NCBI RefSeq assembly: GCF_902459465.1
Contig: NC_047062.1
Span: 23,994,001-24,058,000, forward strand
Direction of reading: 5' to 3'
DNA: 64,000 nucleotides
Source of the DNA: Asterias rubens
Lineage: Eukaryota
In this document: positions 12,066-22,735 of the stretch, piece after piece
Numbering within the stretch: the stretch's first letter is position 1
Layout of the letters: each line of letters opens with the position of its first letter
The notes under the pieces: generated by a model
What the model was told of the DNA's origin: nothing
What the model saw: only the letters and a program-made list of their open reading frames with translations
Databases searched by the model: none
Program-made: the position numbers and the translations under genes

Positions 12066-13442
12066 TTAATGCATGATACACACGGCACGCGTTGAACATA
12101 GGATAAAAACAATTTTATTCATTCAAAAAAAAGCCCGGACTTATAAAACCTTCAGCTATACTCTTGATTCATTCTGAAACTAAAAATGCTAGGAAGACGG
12201 AGTTTGTACCTGAATCATCCTGGCATGTCCCTGCATACGAATTTCAAAGTTTTAGGGCGGCTTCCAAAGTTCTTGATACCGAAAAAGACAAGTACGCAGC
12301 TCTGCTCAGAGACAAACTCAATAAGCCTTCCTACGGGATTGTTGTGCACAGAGAACATCAAAAGTTAGACGGATAAATTTGACCCAAAATCATTGCTAAA
12401 TCTAATCAAGTTTAGCACCATTAGAAGGACATTTTTAAGGGCTTTTATCTCGTACTGACTTAGTGCTATGGTGATTTTCAAAGCGAGGCTAGATGCAAGG
12501 GAGTTGAACCGACACACCCCCAAATTTTAGGGCATTTAATGCATGATACACACGGCACGCATTGAACATTGGAGAAATACAATTTATTCATTGAAAAAAA
12601 AGCCCGGACTTATAAAAACCTTCAGCTATACTCTTGATTCATTCTGGAACTAAAAATGCTAGGAAGACGGAATTTGTACCTGAATCATCCTGGCATGTCC
12701 CTGAATACGAATTTCAAAGTTTTAGGGCGGCTTCCAGAGTTCTTGATACCGAAAATTAAAAGTAGGCGGCTGTGCTCCGAAACGAACTCAACCAGCCTCC
12801 CTACGGGATTTTTGTGCACAGAGAACATCAAAAGTACAACGGGTCAATTTCACCCAAAATCATTGCCCAATCTAAACAAGTTTAGCACCAATGGATGGAC
12901 AATTTCAAGGGCTTTCCTCTCGTACAAAAATTAGGGCTATGGGGATTTTCAAAGCGACGCTAGAGGCCAGGGAGTAGACCCGACACACCCCCATAAATTT
13001 GGGACATTTAATGCATGAAACACACGGCATGTGGTGATTATTGGAGAAAACAAATATATGCCTTGAAAAAAAAAGCCCGGACTTATAACAACTTTCAGCT
13101 ATGCTTTTGAATCATTCTGGAACTAAAAACGATAGAGAGACGCAGTTTGTACTTGCGTCATCCTGGCATGTCCCTGAATTCAAATTTCAAAGTTTTAGAG
13201 CGGCTTCCAGACTTCTTGATACCGAAAATTAAAAGTAGGCGGCTGTGCTCCGAAACGAACTCAACCAGCCTCCCTACGGGATTTTTGTGCACAGAGAATA
13301 TCAAAAGTACAACGGGTCAATTTCACCCAAAATCATTGCCCAATCTAAACAAGTTTAGCACCAATGGATGGACAATTTCAAGGGCTTTCCTCTCGTACAA
13401 AAATAAGTGCTATGGGGATTTTCAAAGCGACGCTAGAGGCCA
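12066..13442 (+). repeat. Three tandem copies of a ~470-bp unit
   Basis: ttaatgcatga.acacacggca begins units at ~12066, ~12536 and ~13008. The near-identical ORFs at 12186, 12656 and 13147 are copies of one another. Confidence 0.92.
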
Positions 13443-13710
13443 GGGGGAAAATAACAGGAAAACCCACCCTTGTTTCCTCACGTTTCGCCGTGTCATGACA
13501 TGTGTTTAAAATAAATCCGTAATTCTCGCTATCGAGAATTGATAGTGTTTTAATGTTTTCTCAAAAAGTAAAGCATTTCATGGAATAATATTTCAAGATA
13601 AGTCTTTCACCATTACCTTCTGTAAACCCTGTAAATTATTTGTAAATCTGTGAACTTAATTTGTTTTGTCTGTACCGAAAGTGTATAATAAATTAAATAT
13701 AGTTTTGGTT

Positions 13711-14075
13711 AGTGGACACTATTGGTAATTACTCAAAATAATTATTAGCATAAAACCTTTCTTGGTGACAAGTAATGGGGAGAGGTTGGTGGTATAAAAC
13801 ATTGTGAGAAACAGCTCCCTCTGAAGTGCCATAGTTTTGGAGAAAGAAGTAATTTTCCACGAATTTGATTTCGAGACCTCAAGTTTAGAACTTGAGGTCT
13901 CGAAATCAACCATCTAAACGCACACAACTTCGTGTGACAAGGGTGTTTTTTTCTTTCATTATTATCTTGCAACTTTGATGGTCGATTGAGCTCAAATTTT
14001 CACAGGTTTGTTATTTTATGCATAACTTGAGATACACCAATTGTCTTTTACAATTACCAATAGTGTCCACTGCCT
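13711..14075. mobile_element. MITE family A (TIR aggcagtggacactattggtaatt)
   Basis: Both TIRs are present, with TTAA after the right end (14076-14079). Confidence 0.9.
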
Positions 14076-14084
14076 TTAAACAGA

Positions 14085-15525
14085 ACAATGTGGTGAAAAA
14101 TACATTTCCGAATATTTTTACATACAAATGTGCGGTAAGACATGTTGATCATGAATCAAGATGGTGTATAAAATGTTTACCAGACGAAAGTACATTATTT
14201 GGGTCGAAAAACACAATGGCTGCCGTTTTCCCCCAAAACCATTAAAAAAAACCTCCAATTGTCATTACCTACAAAATTAAGGGACCGATTCATCCCAAAT
14301 TTGGCTGAAAGTATTTCGTTTGAACAATTAACTTTTTAAATATTTCAAAATTCAATATAGCCGCCATTTTGCATAAACAATTTTTAAGGCAAATTTGATT
14401 AGGAACAAACTTGGTTAAACAAAATTGTGGTGAAAAATATACACCCAAACATTTTGACATAAAAATGTGCAGTAAGACATGTTGTTCATGAATCAAGATG
14501 CTGTAGTGATTGTCACATTTTTATGTACAACTATTCGGATGTGTATTTTCCACCACGTAGTCTGTTCAACCAAGTTTATTCTTAATTTTTTTCCTTCACA
14601 AATTTGGAAAAAAAAAAGATTTTTCCAAAGATTGTGTTTTTCAAATCTTTTATGCAAAATTGCGGCCATATTGAAAGTTGAAATAATGTAAAATGCTTAA
14701 TATACAAACCTTATACTTTGAGCTGAATCGTTCTCTGATTATGTCTATGGAAGTTGTTTATGGTTTCAGGGGGGAAACGGCGGCCATTTTCTTGTTTGAC
14801 CCCAAAATGCACTTTCGCCGGGTAAAAATTGTATACACCATCTTGACTAATGATCAACATGTCTTACCGCACGTTTTTATGTGTATTTTTCACCACATAT
14901 TCTGTTCATCTAAGTTGGTTCCTTACCAAGTTTGCCTAAAGATTTCCCCAAATTGTGTGTTTTTTCCGAATTTTTTTTTGTAAAATGGCGGCCATATTGA
15001 ATTTTGAAATATTTAAAAGATTAAATGTCCAAACCTAATACTTTCAGCTAGATTTTGGCTGAATCGGACCCATAAATTTGTAGTTAATGACAATATTGGA
15101 GTTTTTAAATAAATTCAGGGGGAAAATGGCGGCCTTTTTGTTTTTGGACCCAAACATGCACTTTCGCCTGGTCAAAATGTTCTACACCATCTTGATTCAT
15201 GTCTTGCCACACATTGTTATGAACAAATATTCGGAAGTGTATTTTTCACCACATTATTCTGTTCAACCAAAACTATATTTAATTTTGATCCTGACCAAAT
15301 TTACCTTTTTGTTAAAATTTTCCCCCAAAATTGTCTTTTTTCAAATTTGTTTAAGCAAAACGGCGGCCATATTGAATTTTTAAATATTAAAATGTAAAAT
15401 GTACAAACCTTTAACTTTCAGCCAGATTTGGGCTGAATCGGTCTCTTAATCTTCTAGTTATGTCAATGGGAGTTTTGTTATATGGTTCCAGGGGGAAAAA
15501 CGGCGGCCATTTTCCAGTTTGACCC
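14085..15525. repeat. ~345-bp satellite-like repeat: ~1.2 forward copies, then ~3 inverted copies (switch near 14500-14520)
   Basis: gtggtgaaaaat at ~14091 and ~14427; the reverse form ttcaccac at ~14545, ~14890 and ~15245. Related pieces lie at ~17995-18070, ~20335-20560 and ~28990-29850. Confidence 0.8.
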
Positions 15526-15609
15526 AAAAATGTTTTAAAGCATTTTTGGCACTGTGGAGCTTAGACTATAAATAAATAAATAAATAAATAAATATAAAGA
15601 GAACATTTA

Positions 15610-15830
15610 TTTTGTTTTTTACCCATACACACCGACGTGTGTTAGCACTGTATACTCAGTACTTTCCCGAGTCCTGTGAAAAAAAAATCACATGCATGTT
15701 ACTCGGGTGGGATTCGAACCCTGGACCCTTGCAATTCTAGAGCAAGGTCTTACCAACTAGACTACCGAGGTTGCCCGGGAGCTTGAGGCAGTTCGAATCC
15801 TATGTTTTGGCAGCGGGTACCGCGATATAT
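15610..15830 (-). mobile_element. tRNA-derived SINE (family B)
   Basis: Minus strand: A-box tagtctagttgg, B-box ggttcgaatcc, A-rich tail. Copies at ~28700-28910(+) and ~54063-54300(+). Confidence 0.8.
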
Positions 15831-16157
15831 TAGAGAAGTTTGAACACAAACAAATAAACAAATAAAGCCATTTATTAAAACAATGTAAATTTAATCTGGT
15901 GGAAAATCATAAAAGGTTACGCTCCGGAAGTGTCAGGCATTCAGGCGCCGGTTCAGTTAATGGCACACACTGGCCCCTCCCCATTGCCATATAGAACCCT
16001 TCAGGACTTGCATCCGACCCAGAGCACATCCCCCCCTGCCTCGAATCCTAGCCACCGCGCGGGCCCTGTCCCTTTAGGGGAGAAAACAAGGCAGATCCCA
16101 ATCACACTGTCCCATCAGGGGCAGCAAAAAGCCTTGAATCTATATTAGAGACAGACG

Positions 16158-16225
16158 GTATTCGAACCCGGACCGGATGATCCGAGTTACTGAGACAGTC
16201 CCAGCACCCTTAACCCACTGCGCTA
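16158..16225 (-). mobile_element. Second tRNA-like Pol III head inside the inverted-repeat arm (mirror at 28296-28363, +)
   Basis: tagcgcagtgggttaag A-box and ggttcgaatac B-box; no complete cloverleaf seen. Confidence 0.6.
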
Positions 16226-17194
16226 ATGTGTTGGTGCTTAAAAACTGGTGTTTTCATGGTCATAATCAGTAGACCGATTGCGCCCCGTGCCTCAGGTGAC
16301 CAATAGTGGGTAAAATGTAAACAAACACGGCGTACTGCATATAAACGTACGTTAAGAAGACATGGTTACTGTTATAAGGTGATTAAGCTGCGGTTGCTTT
16401 GTGTTTTTGTGCTATGGGGTCGGTGCTTAAAAACTGGTGTTTTCTACGTGACCTATAGTGGGTAAAATGTAAACAAACACGGCGTACTGCATATAAAAGT
16501 GCGTTAAGAAGACATGGTTACTGTTATAAGGTGATTAAGCTGCGGTTGCTTTGTGTTTCTGTTTACTACTTACTCTCAATTTTTTGTTCAATAAACCCTC
16601 AATTCTCGAAATCACTTGAGAGTATTCCTGAGTTTGTTAGATGAGACCTTACCCGTGGCTGAACAATGCCAGTAATGGGTAAAACCAACAGTCCACCAAC
16701 TAGGAAATTCCACGAGAATGTTCACAGGATGTCATGTGTTTGGCACGGAAAGTGTGGTTTTACATAGCCCTCATTGCGATGATTTTGTTGCCATATTAAA
16801 AAATAAAACTCCTGAAGAAGTTGCAAATTTATTTTCACCCTCAAATTATTTGATTAGAAGGGGTATAGCTGTCAGCTAGAGTGCGGTCTCCCTTGGCCCA
16901 GCCCGACTTCACTCCGTGCACACAGCGTAAATTCCACGGCGCTTGAGCTCGCTCAAACCTCATTTACGTATTCTAACAATACTCTCAAATTAAACCTTTT
17001 TTTGTAGTACAATACTTAAAATATCAAACAGCAAAATGGGATTTAAATCAATATAACAACATTCAACTTTAGAAAAAGGGCTTCGTTTTTAGTACAAGTT
17101 TTCTCATGTCTTTATTTTGTAGCTATGATTTTCAATACCCACTATATAGCGCAATCGGTCTATCCCACATATTGAGGTGAAGCGCCCAAGTACC

Positions 17195-17640
17195 AAAATA
17201 TCTTCACACATTTCTCCTATTTTACACAATCTCCACTGGTTACCCATTCATTCCAGAATCCAATACAAGATCACCCTTCTGACATTCAAGGCTCTCCATG
17301 GACTATCCCCTACCTACATACAGAACATGATTCGGCCCCATAGTGCCAGGCCGGGTCTGAGGTCATCTGGCAGCATGCTCTATTGTTCCTCTGACCCGTT
17401 TATCCAGCTATGGGGACAGGGCATTCAGTAACATTTCACCACGCCTCTGGAACTCTCTGCCTCAACATCTCATGGACACACATGACATCTCTCGATTCCA
17501 ACATTCTCTTAAAACCCATCTCTTCAGATTAGCCTTTGCAGTTATTGAGTGAAGGTTTCTTCTTTTTCTTTGACCAGCGCCTTTTTAATGTTCCACAGAT
17601 TTAGTGAGCTTTAAAAATGCTGTATTATTATTATTATTAC
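17195..17640 (+). mobile_element. L2/CR1-clade LINE 3' fragment (ORF2 C-terminus, frameshifted)
   Basis: Translates HISPILHNLHWLPIHSRIQYKITLLTFKALHGLSPTYI...YGDRAF...PRLWNSLP...LKTHLF, followed by a cagcgcctt 3' motif and an (att)n tail. Confidence 0.92.
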
Positions 17641-18109
17641 AACATTGGAAACTCGTTTCTTATTTGTGTACAGAATAGTACCTTTCTTGTCTAAAGATGA
17701 AAAAGGGGGCCCTTCATAGTGACACAATGATTCATTTGTCTTAAGGTTCCATGTTGCAGGTAAAGGTATCACTCTCGCAAGACGCGCTTCAATTCTAGAC
17801 GTGGTATTCACTTTGATGCACAAACTTCTCTCTCAAATTAGTTGTAATTTTTTATCAAGATGAGTTTTAATCAACACTTGGAAACGTTGTTTATTTATGT
17901 GGGATTACTTGAGTAATTCTAATTGACATGCCACCACTATCAGTCTAAGATACACAGTGCCAAAAATGCTTCAAAACATTTGTACCTTACACTATTTGCT
18001 CCCCTCAATATTTCTACATGAAAATGTGCGGTTAGTACATGCTGACCATGAATTAGGATGGTGTATACGGCAAATTTTTCCGCCGCTTTTCCACTGAAAC
18101 ATAATTGAC

Positions 18110-18790
18110 ATAACTACGGCAAGGGAGTGGACATGCTACCCCTTCAAAATTGGCGTATACTGCGTGTACAAACACACGCTGCAGTCAATAATAGAACAAA
18201 CAATATATTTATCCAAAAATTGGCCCGGAGAAATAAATCTTTCAGCCAAACTCTCAAATAATCCTGGAACCAAAAATGCTAGAGATATGCAGTTTGTACC
18301 TGAGTCATCCTGGCATGTCCCTGCGTCCGATATCCAAAGGTTTAGGGCGACTTCCACACTTCTTGATAGCGAAAAGGACAAGTAAGCGGGGTTGCTTAGA
18401 AACGATCTCAACATCCTCCCCTAAGGGAGTTTTGTGCACAGAGCTGTCGGACAGAAAAACAAAATGGGTTAATTCGATCCCAGTGTCATGCTCAATTTTA
18501 ACAATTTTACCATCATCGGATTGCCATTTTCAAGGGCTTTCTTCTCGTATAACACTTAGTGCTATGACGATTTTTAAGGCGGGGCCAGCGGCAAGGGAGT
18601 GGACATGCTACCCCCTTCAAAATTGGCGTACACTGCGTGTACAAACACACGGCGCAGTCTACCAGGGCTAGGCGCAGTCAAGAATGGAACAACAAGCATA
18701 TTCATTCAAAAAATTGGCCCGGAGAAATCAATCTTACAGCCAAACTCTGAAATAACTCTGGAACTAAAAAAAAATATAAAAAGCGACAAT
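18110..18790 (+). repeat. Diverged ~1.4 copies of the ~470-bp unit seen at 12.1-13.4 kb
   Basis: Shared core tttgtacctga.tcatcctggcatgtccctg; ggcaagggagtggacatgctaccccc occurs at ~18119 and ~18590. Confidence 0.8.
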
Positions 18791-18817
18791 TGCCATGCCC
18801 TCGTGTATAAAAACATA

Positions 18818-20180
18818 ATGGCGTCGCAGGCCCAATGCAGCACAGCACTTGCGCCCTTCAGCATCTGTGCCCATCCCAGCATCTGCACCAATCCCAGCAT
18901 CTATTGGTGAGACCAGGAAATTGTGTATCTGGTGCGCCAAAGCAAGGACTTGCTCTATGGCCAAAGGAACAGAGAAAACAAGGACTTGTTTTGTGACCAA
19001 AGGAACTGAGAAAGTAGATTTTAAAGGGGCGTTATCCAACAAAATAAGTGTATTAATAGATACTTGTTCGTGATAACTTACCAAAGACCAAGTTTGATAT
19101 TGAAATAAGGACTTTAAATCATTCGGCCATCACTATCCTGTCCTCTTTAGTTGCCTTTCTGTCCGAGATTTTGTCTTTGTTTCCTCGTCACTCAAATGTA
19201 CAGGTTTTACGGGGAATACCATAACAGTCAACCCACGGGCCGGTCCAGGGAGACTACAAACAAACTAGTGTCGGCACTGAAGGCTTTGTCTTAACTGGGA
19301 AGCTACCTCGAGAGCATTCATCCGAAGTACGGTTTAAGATGACCTAGTTCTATTGTAGTAGATTACTTCGCCATTCTCTGTATGACGAACCATGAATGTT
19401 GTTTTGTTAAGAATAGCATTACTGCACAGCCATTTGGTGTTAGAGATGTATGTATACCCCCCCCCCCCACACCCTCCTCATGTGTCTCCATCGTGTTCTG
19501 GGAACTCAGGAATGAACTCTTTCGAGGATTTTAGAGAGTTGGTATTTGTGCACAACATGGAAATAGTTTACAAATACTGACTGCTTCGAGTGCCATGGTT
19601 AAAACGATGACTCCCGAGGTGATCCCCGGAGCGTTCATTTTCCCGAGGCGAAGCCGAGGGAAAATAGAACGCTACGGGGATCACCAAGGGAGTCATAGTT
19701 TTAACCATTGCACGAGTAAAAGCAGTCAATATTTGTTTTATAACACCCCAGACATTTCAGAGTGAAGACGAGCCATCTTCCTAAAAATATGCAGATGTTG
19801 ATAATGCAGAAGAAGAGGTGAGATTAAGGATTATCATTGACAAGATGCTGTCAGAAATGCAAAGGCGTTTTGTTCAGAACAACGATGTTATCCATGCCTG
19901 CGTTGCATGCGACCCAGCTAACCCAGAATCAGATCACTTTCTTCGTCTTGCCGACATGGAACCTATGACTGCACAATTTCCAAACATTATCATATACCCC
20001 ACTAACCTGGAGCATCAGGTAGCTGTGGCACGTCAAATATTTCTAAAAGATGCACCGGGTTCAATGGAGGAATGGAATGGTTGTTTAAATTGAAATCACC
20101 ATTCCCTGACATCCTCCGCTTTCAACTGGTCTGTACCATCCCCGTTTAACACCGACCGACCCATCAATGTGGCCTCGCCG
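18818..20180 (+). pseudogene. Decayed hAT (ZMYM1-like) transposase remnant
   Basis: The 3' part reads EEEVRLRIIIDKMLSEMQRRF...CDP...NLEHQVAVARQ...FPD...LVCTIP, resembling the hAT C-terminal dimerization region. The 5' part has a CxxC (CIWC) followed by FVTKG, like a TTF zinc finger. It has stops and frameshifts and lacks most of the core. Confidence 0.65.
19574..19732. mobile_element. Palindromic element with a central GGCGAAGCC hairpin, inserted in the hAT remnant
   Basis: Arms ccatggttaaaacgatgactccc / gggagtcatagttttaaccattg; GCGAAGC at 19648-19654. Confidence 0.8.
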
Positions 20181-21063
20181 TAGAGCGCGACATGACAAAT
20201 GAACTACTCCAACATCCCAACGAGTTTGGGAGCCATTCAACATTTCCAATGTTTTAAAGTTTCGAATCAGTGGGTGGGTGGGTCAAAAGCCTCTTTTTCA
20301 AAAAATTTATAATCGACATTCACTTAAAAAAAAAAACGGCCGCCGGTGTATCGATTTTGACGCGAAAGTGCAATTTTGGCGAAAGTGCAATTATGGGGCA
20401 AAACAAAAATGGCCGCCGTTTTTGCCCCTGAAACCATAAACAGTCCATTTGACATAAATACAAATCTAAGAGACTGATTCAGCCCAAATTTTTCTACAAA
20501 TTAAGGTTTTTTAAATATTTCAAAATTCAATACGGATGCCACCTTGCATAAAAAATGGGGGGGGGGAGAAACAAATGGAGTTAAGCGGTACGCGGTTACA
20601 ACCCTAAATTTGTTTTCATTGGCAATCCCTCCCCGTCCAAGTTCCAAGTCCACTTGTAACAGGAGTTCGGTCTGGAAAACATTGAGCGAGGAATAGAAAA
20701 ACAAGTCACCATAAAACGACTGTCTCTCCCCATTGTCCACATTCCCAGTAATATGGGGGGGGGGGGCACTATAAGAACAAAAGTCTTGGTTCGCGTCAAA
20801 TGTGAACAGTTGCTATGGTAATCGCCGGTTGCTACACAAAGACCGAATAACACTTCGACAAAGGGATCTTCTATTTTTGGTTGGGAAAATGGACGAACCC
20901 AAAGGCTAATCAACTTCAAGTACCTCGTAAAACGCACTACTGTCATTCGTGGTGACTCGTGTTCAATGAAAGTAGTCTTGAAAATCTTCAATGAAAGTAG
21001 TCTTAAAAATCATACCAACAATTTCAACAAAAATCAACTTTCACAACGCTCCTATCTTTGAAG

Positions 21064-21894
21064 ATGTCATTGCTTGGAATGATGGGGCTTCTTGGGTCGC
21101 TGATTCTAGTATTGTCCGAGAATTGCTCCCCCACCGCCGGATGTTGCCCCCCTATGTGGCAACGATGGGGTAACTCGTGTTATCGTCTCACCCCTGAAGG
21201 AGCACCATGGGAGTCATCCCGATCAACCTGTTGGGATATGGGAGGCAAGATGCTCGCCCCACGCTCGATCCAAGAAAATGATCTCCTTGTACGCATGAGA
21301 CAACATCAGCCTGATTATCGCGGAATTGAACATTTGTGGGTGGCTTGCAATGATATTGAACAGGAAGGGAACTGGAAGTGTGAGGAACGTGGTGATGGTG
21401 AGACGAATGGTGCAGAATACCTCAACATGTATAGCGGAGAGCCGAACGGGGGCACACGTGAGAACTGTCTCGCCATGCGGTACTTTGAAGACGGAGGCAT
21501 AGTGCGTGATGGTGGAATGTGGCATGATGTAGCCTGTTCTGACCCTAAGAAACATTACAAAGCTGTCTGCGTTCTTCGTCCCAAACAACCCCGTACATAC
21601 TGTTCCTCGATCGGCAGCGACCAGCGTCTTAACACCTCATGTCTTGTAGATCACGTCACTGCAGAAGTTATCACTAAGAGCACGATGGAGTGTGCCTTTG
21701 CCTGCAGCAAGGAACCGAGATGTCGCTCCTTCAACATCAAACAGACCGAGAAGGCGGACACGAAGCTGTGTCAATTGAACAACGCAACCCGCTCAGAAGA
21801 CCCCGCAAAGTTCAAGTCAACTGACTCGTTCTGTATCTACTCAGATTTGGCGACTCTTTATGATTTCAATGAGGATTTTCACAGAGAACTGTAA
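21064..21894 (+). CDS. Intronless secreted C-type lectin domain + PAN/Apple domain protein (276 aa)
   Basis: Hydrophobic leader MSLLGMMGLLGSLILVLS. CTLD: CPPMW..WGNSCY, LWVAC, EPN, ENC, WHD, C. PAN domain: C...CAFAC...CRSFN...C.LN...C. The ORF is uninterrupted. Confidence 0.93.
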   Translation: MSLLGMMGLLGSLILVLSENCSPTAGCCPPMWQRWGNSCYRLTPEGAPWESSRSTCWDMGGKMLAPRSIQENDLLVRMRQHQPDYRGIEHLWVACNDIEQEGNWKCEERGDGETNGAEYLNMYSGEPNGGTRENCLAMRYFEDGGIVRDGGMWHDVACSDPKKHYKAVCVLRPKQPRTYCSSIGSDQRLNTSCLVDHVTAEVITKSTMECAFACSKEPRCRSFNIKQTEKADTKLCQLNNATRSEDPAKFKSTDSFCIYSDLATLYDFNEDFHREL

Positions 21895-22204
21895 TCGCAA
21901 CTGCGATGGCACTTATGGAGGGAGTCGGCCTGCATACATGAGCTGTATGGTGTTTGCTTCATAAATTTGTTAACACTTTAAACTGACTTTCAAACTATTT
22001 GTTTTAACTCTTTTGTAACATACAACAACAACAAAATTGTTTGACGCAATGGGACCAACAATCGATCACCTGGGTACCCTGACTTGGTAAGTTCTAAAAT
22101 GTAATAATTATTGTGTTTTTACGAGCACCATTATTTATTTATTTTTGTTTATAAGCAAAGAAAAGCTAGCTCGAAGCAATGCTTGGCTGTACTTGCTATA
22201 TGAA

Positions 22205-22735
22205 CATTAGGTAGGCATTTGCCCCCTCGGGTGTACAAAACACTATGATCCCCATCACAACATGCAACAATATCGTTTGTTATACCTCGGTAGCAAACTG
22301 TGAAGTTTGGTTGGTCGAGAACCAATCATGTGACGCGCAACAAAAACGCATGTTACATGGCTCGACGGGGGCCGGGTAACATGAAAAGTGATGTACACCG
22401 GTGTTCATCACCTTGATCGTTCCCAGCGTTGGTCGATTTCGCGCTGTGTACAAAACAACCGCGGGTTCGAGGGAATTGTTTCTTGGTCGTCTGCTTATTA
22501 AACAATGAATAGTCCGTCGTAATAATGTTTGAAGATGGAAACAGAACTTCGAGAAGAGGAATAACAATTAAACAAATGTATAACAAAACAATTGTTGCAC
22601 GCTGTGACGGGGTCCATGGGTTTTGTACACCCTCGAGGGAAAATTGCACCCTTTGGCTTCGCCTCGGGTGCCATTTTCCCCCTCGAGTGTACAAAACGCC
22701 ATGGACCCCGTCACAGCATGCAACAATTGTATAAT
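22205..22735. mobile_element. Palindromic element with terminal 140-bp hairpin (22589-22729) centred on GGCTTCGCC
   Basis: Arms caattgttgcacgctgtgacggggtccatgg / ccatggaccccgtcacagcatgcaacaattg. Confidence 0.75.

Larger units (their letters stand above)
15526..16968 (-). repeat. Left arm of a ~1.44-kb inverted repeat (partner 27559-28988)
   Basis: Colinear reverse complement of 27559-28988. The ORF at 15930..16148(+) matches 28373..28591(-) with one residue difference. Confidence 0.95.

Noticed and set aside
13719-13913. Recurrent MVDFETSSSK... ORFs (also 25282, 30401)
   Set aside because: Chance frames inside MITE family A copies, broken differently in each copy.
15930-16148. 72-aa ORF mirrored at 28373-28591
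   Set aside because: It starts at GTG and lies within the SINE-like body of the inverted-repeat arm; conservation reflects recent duplication.
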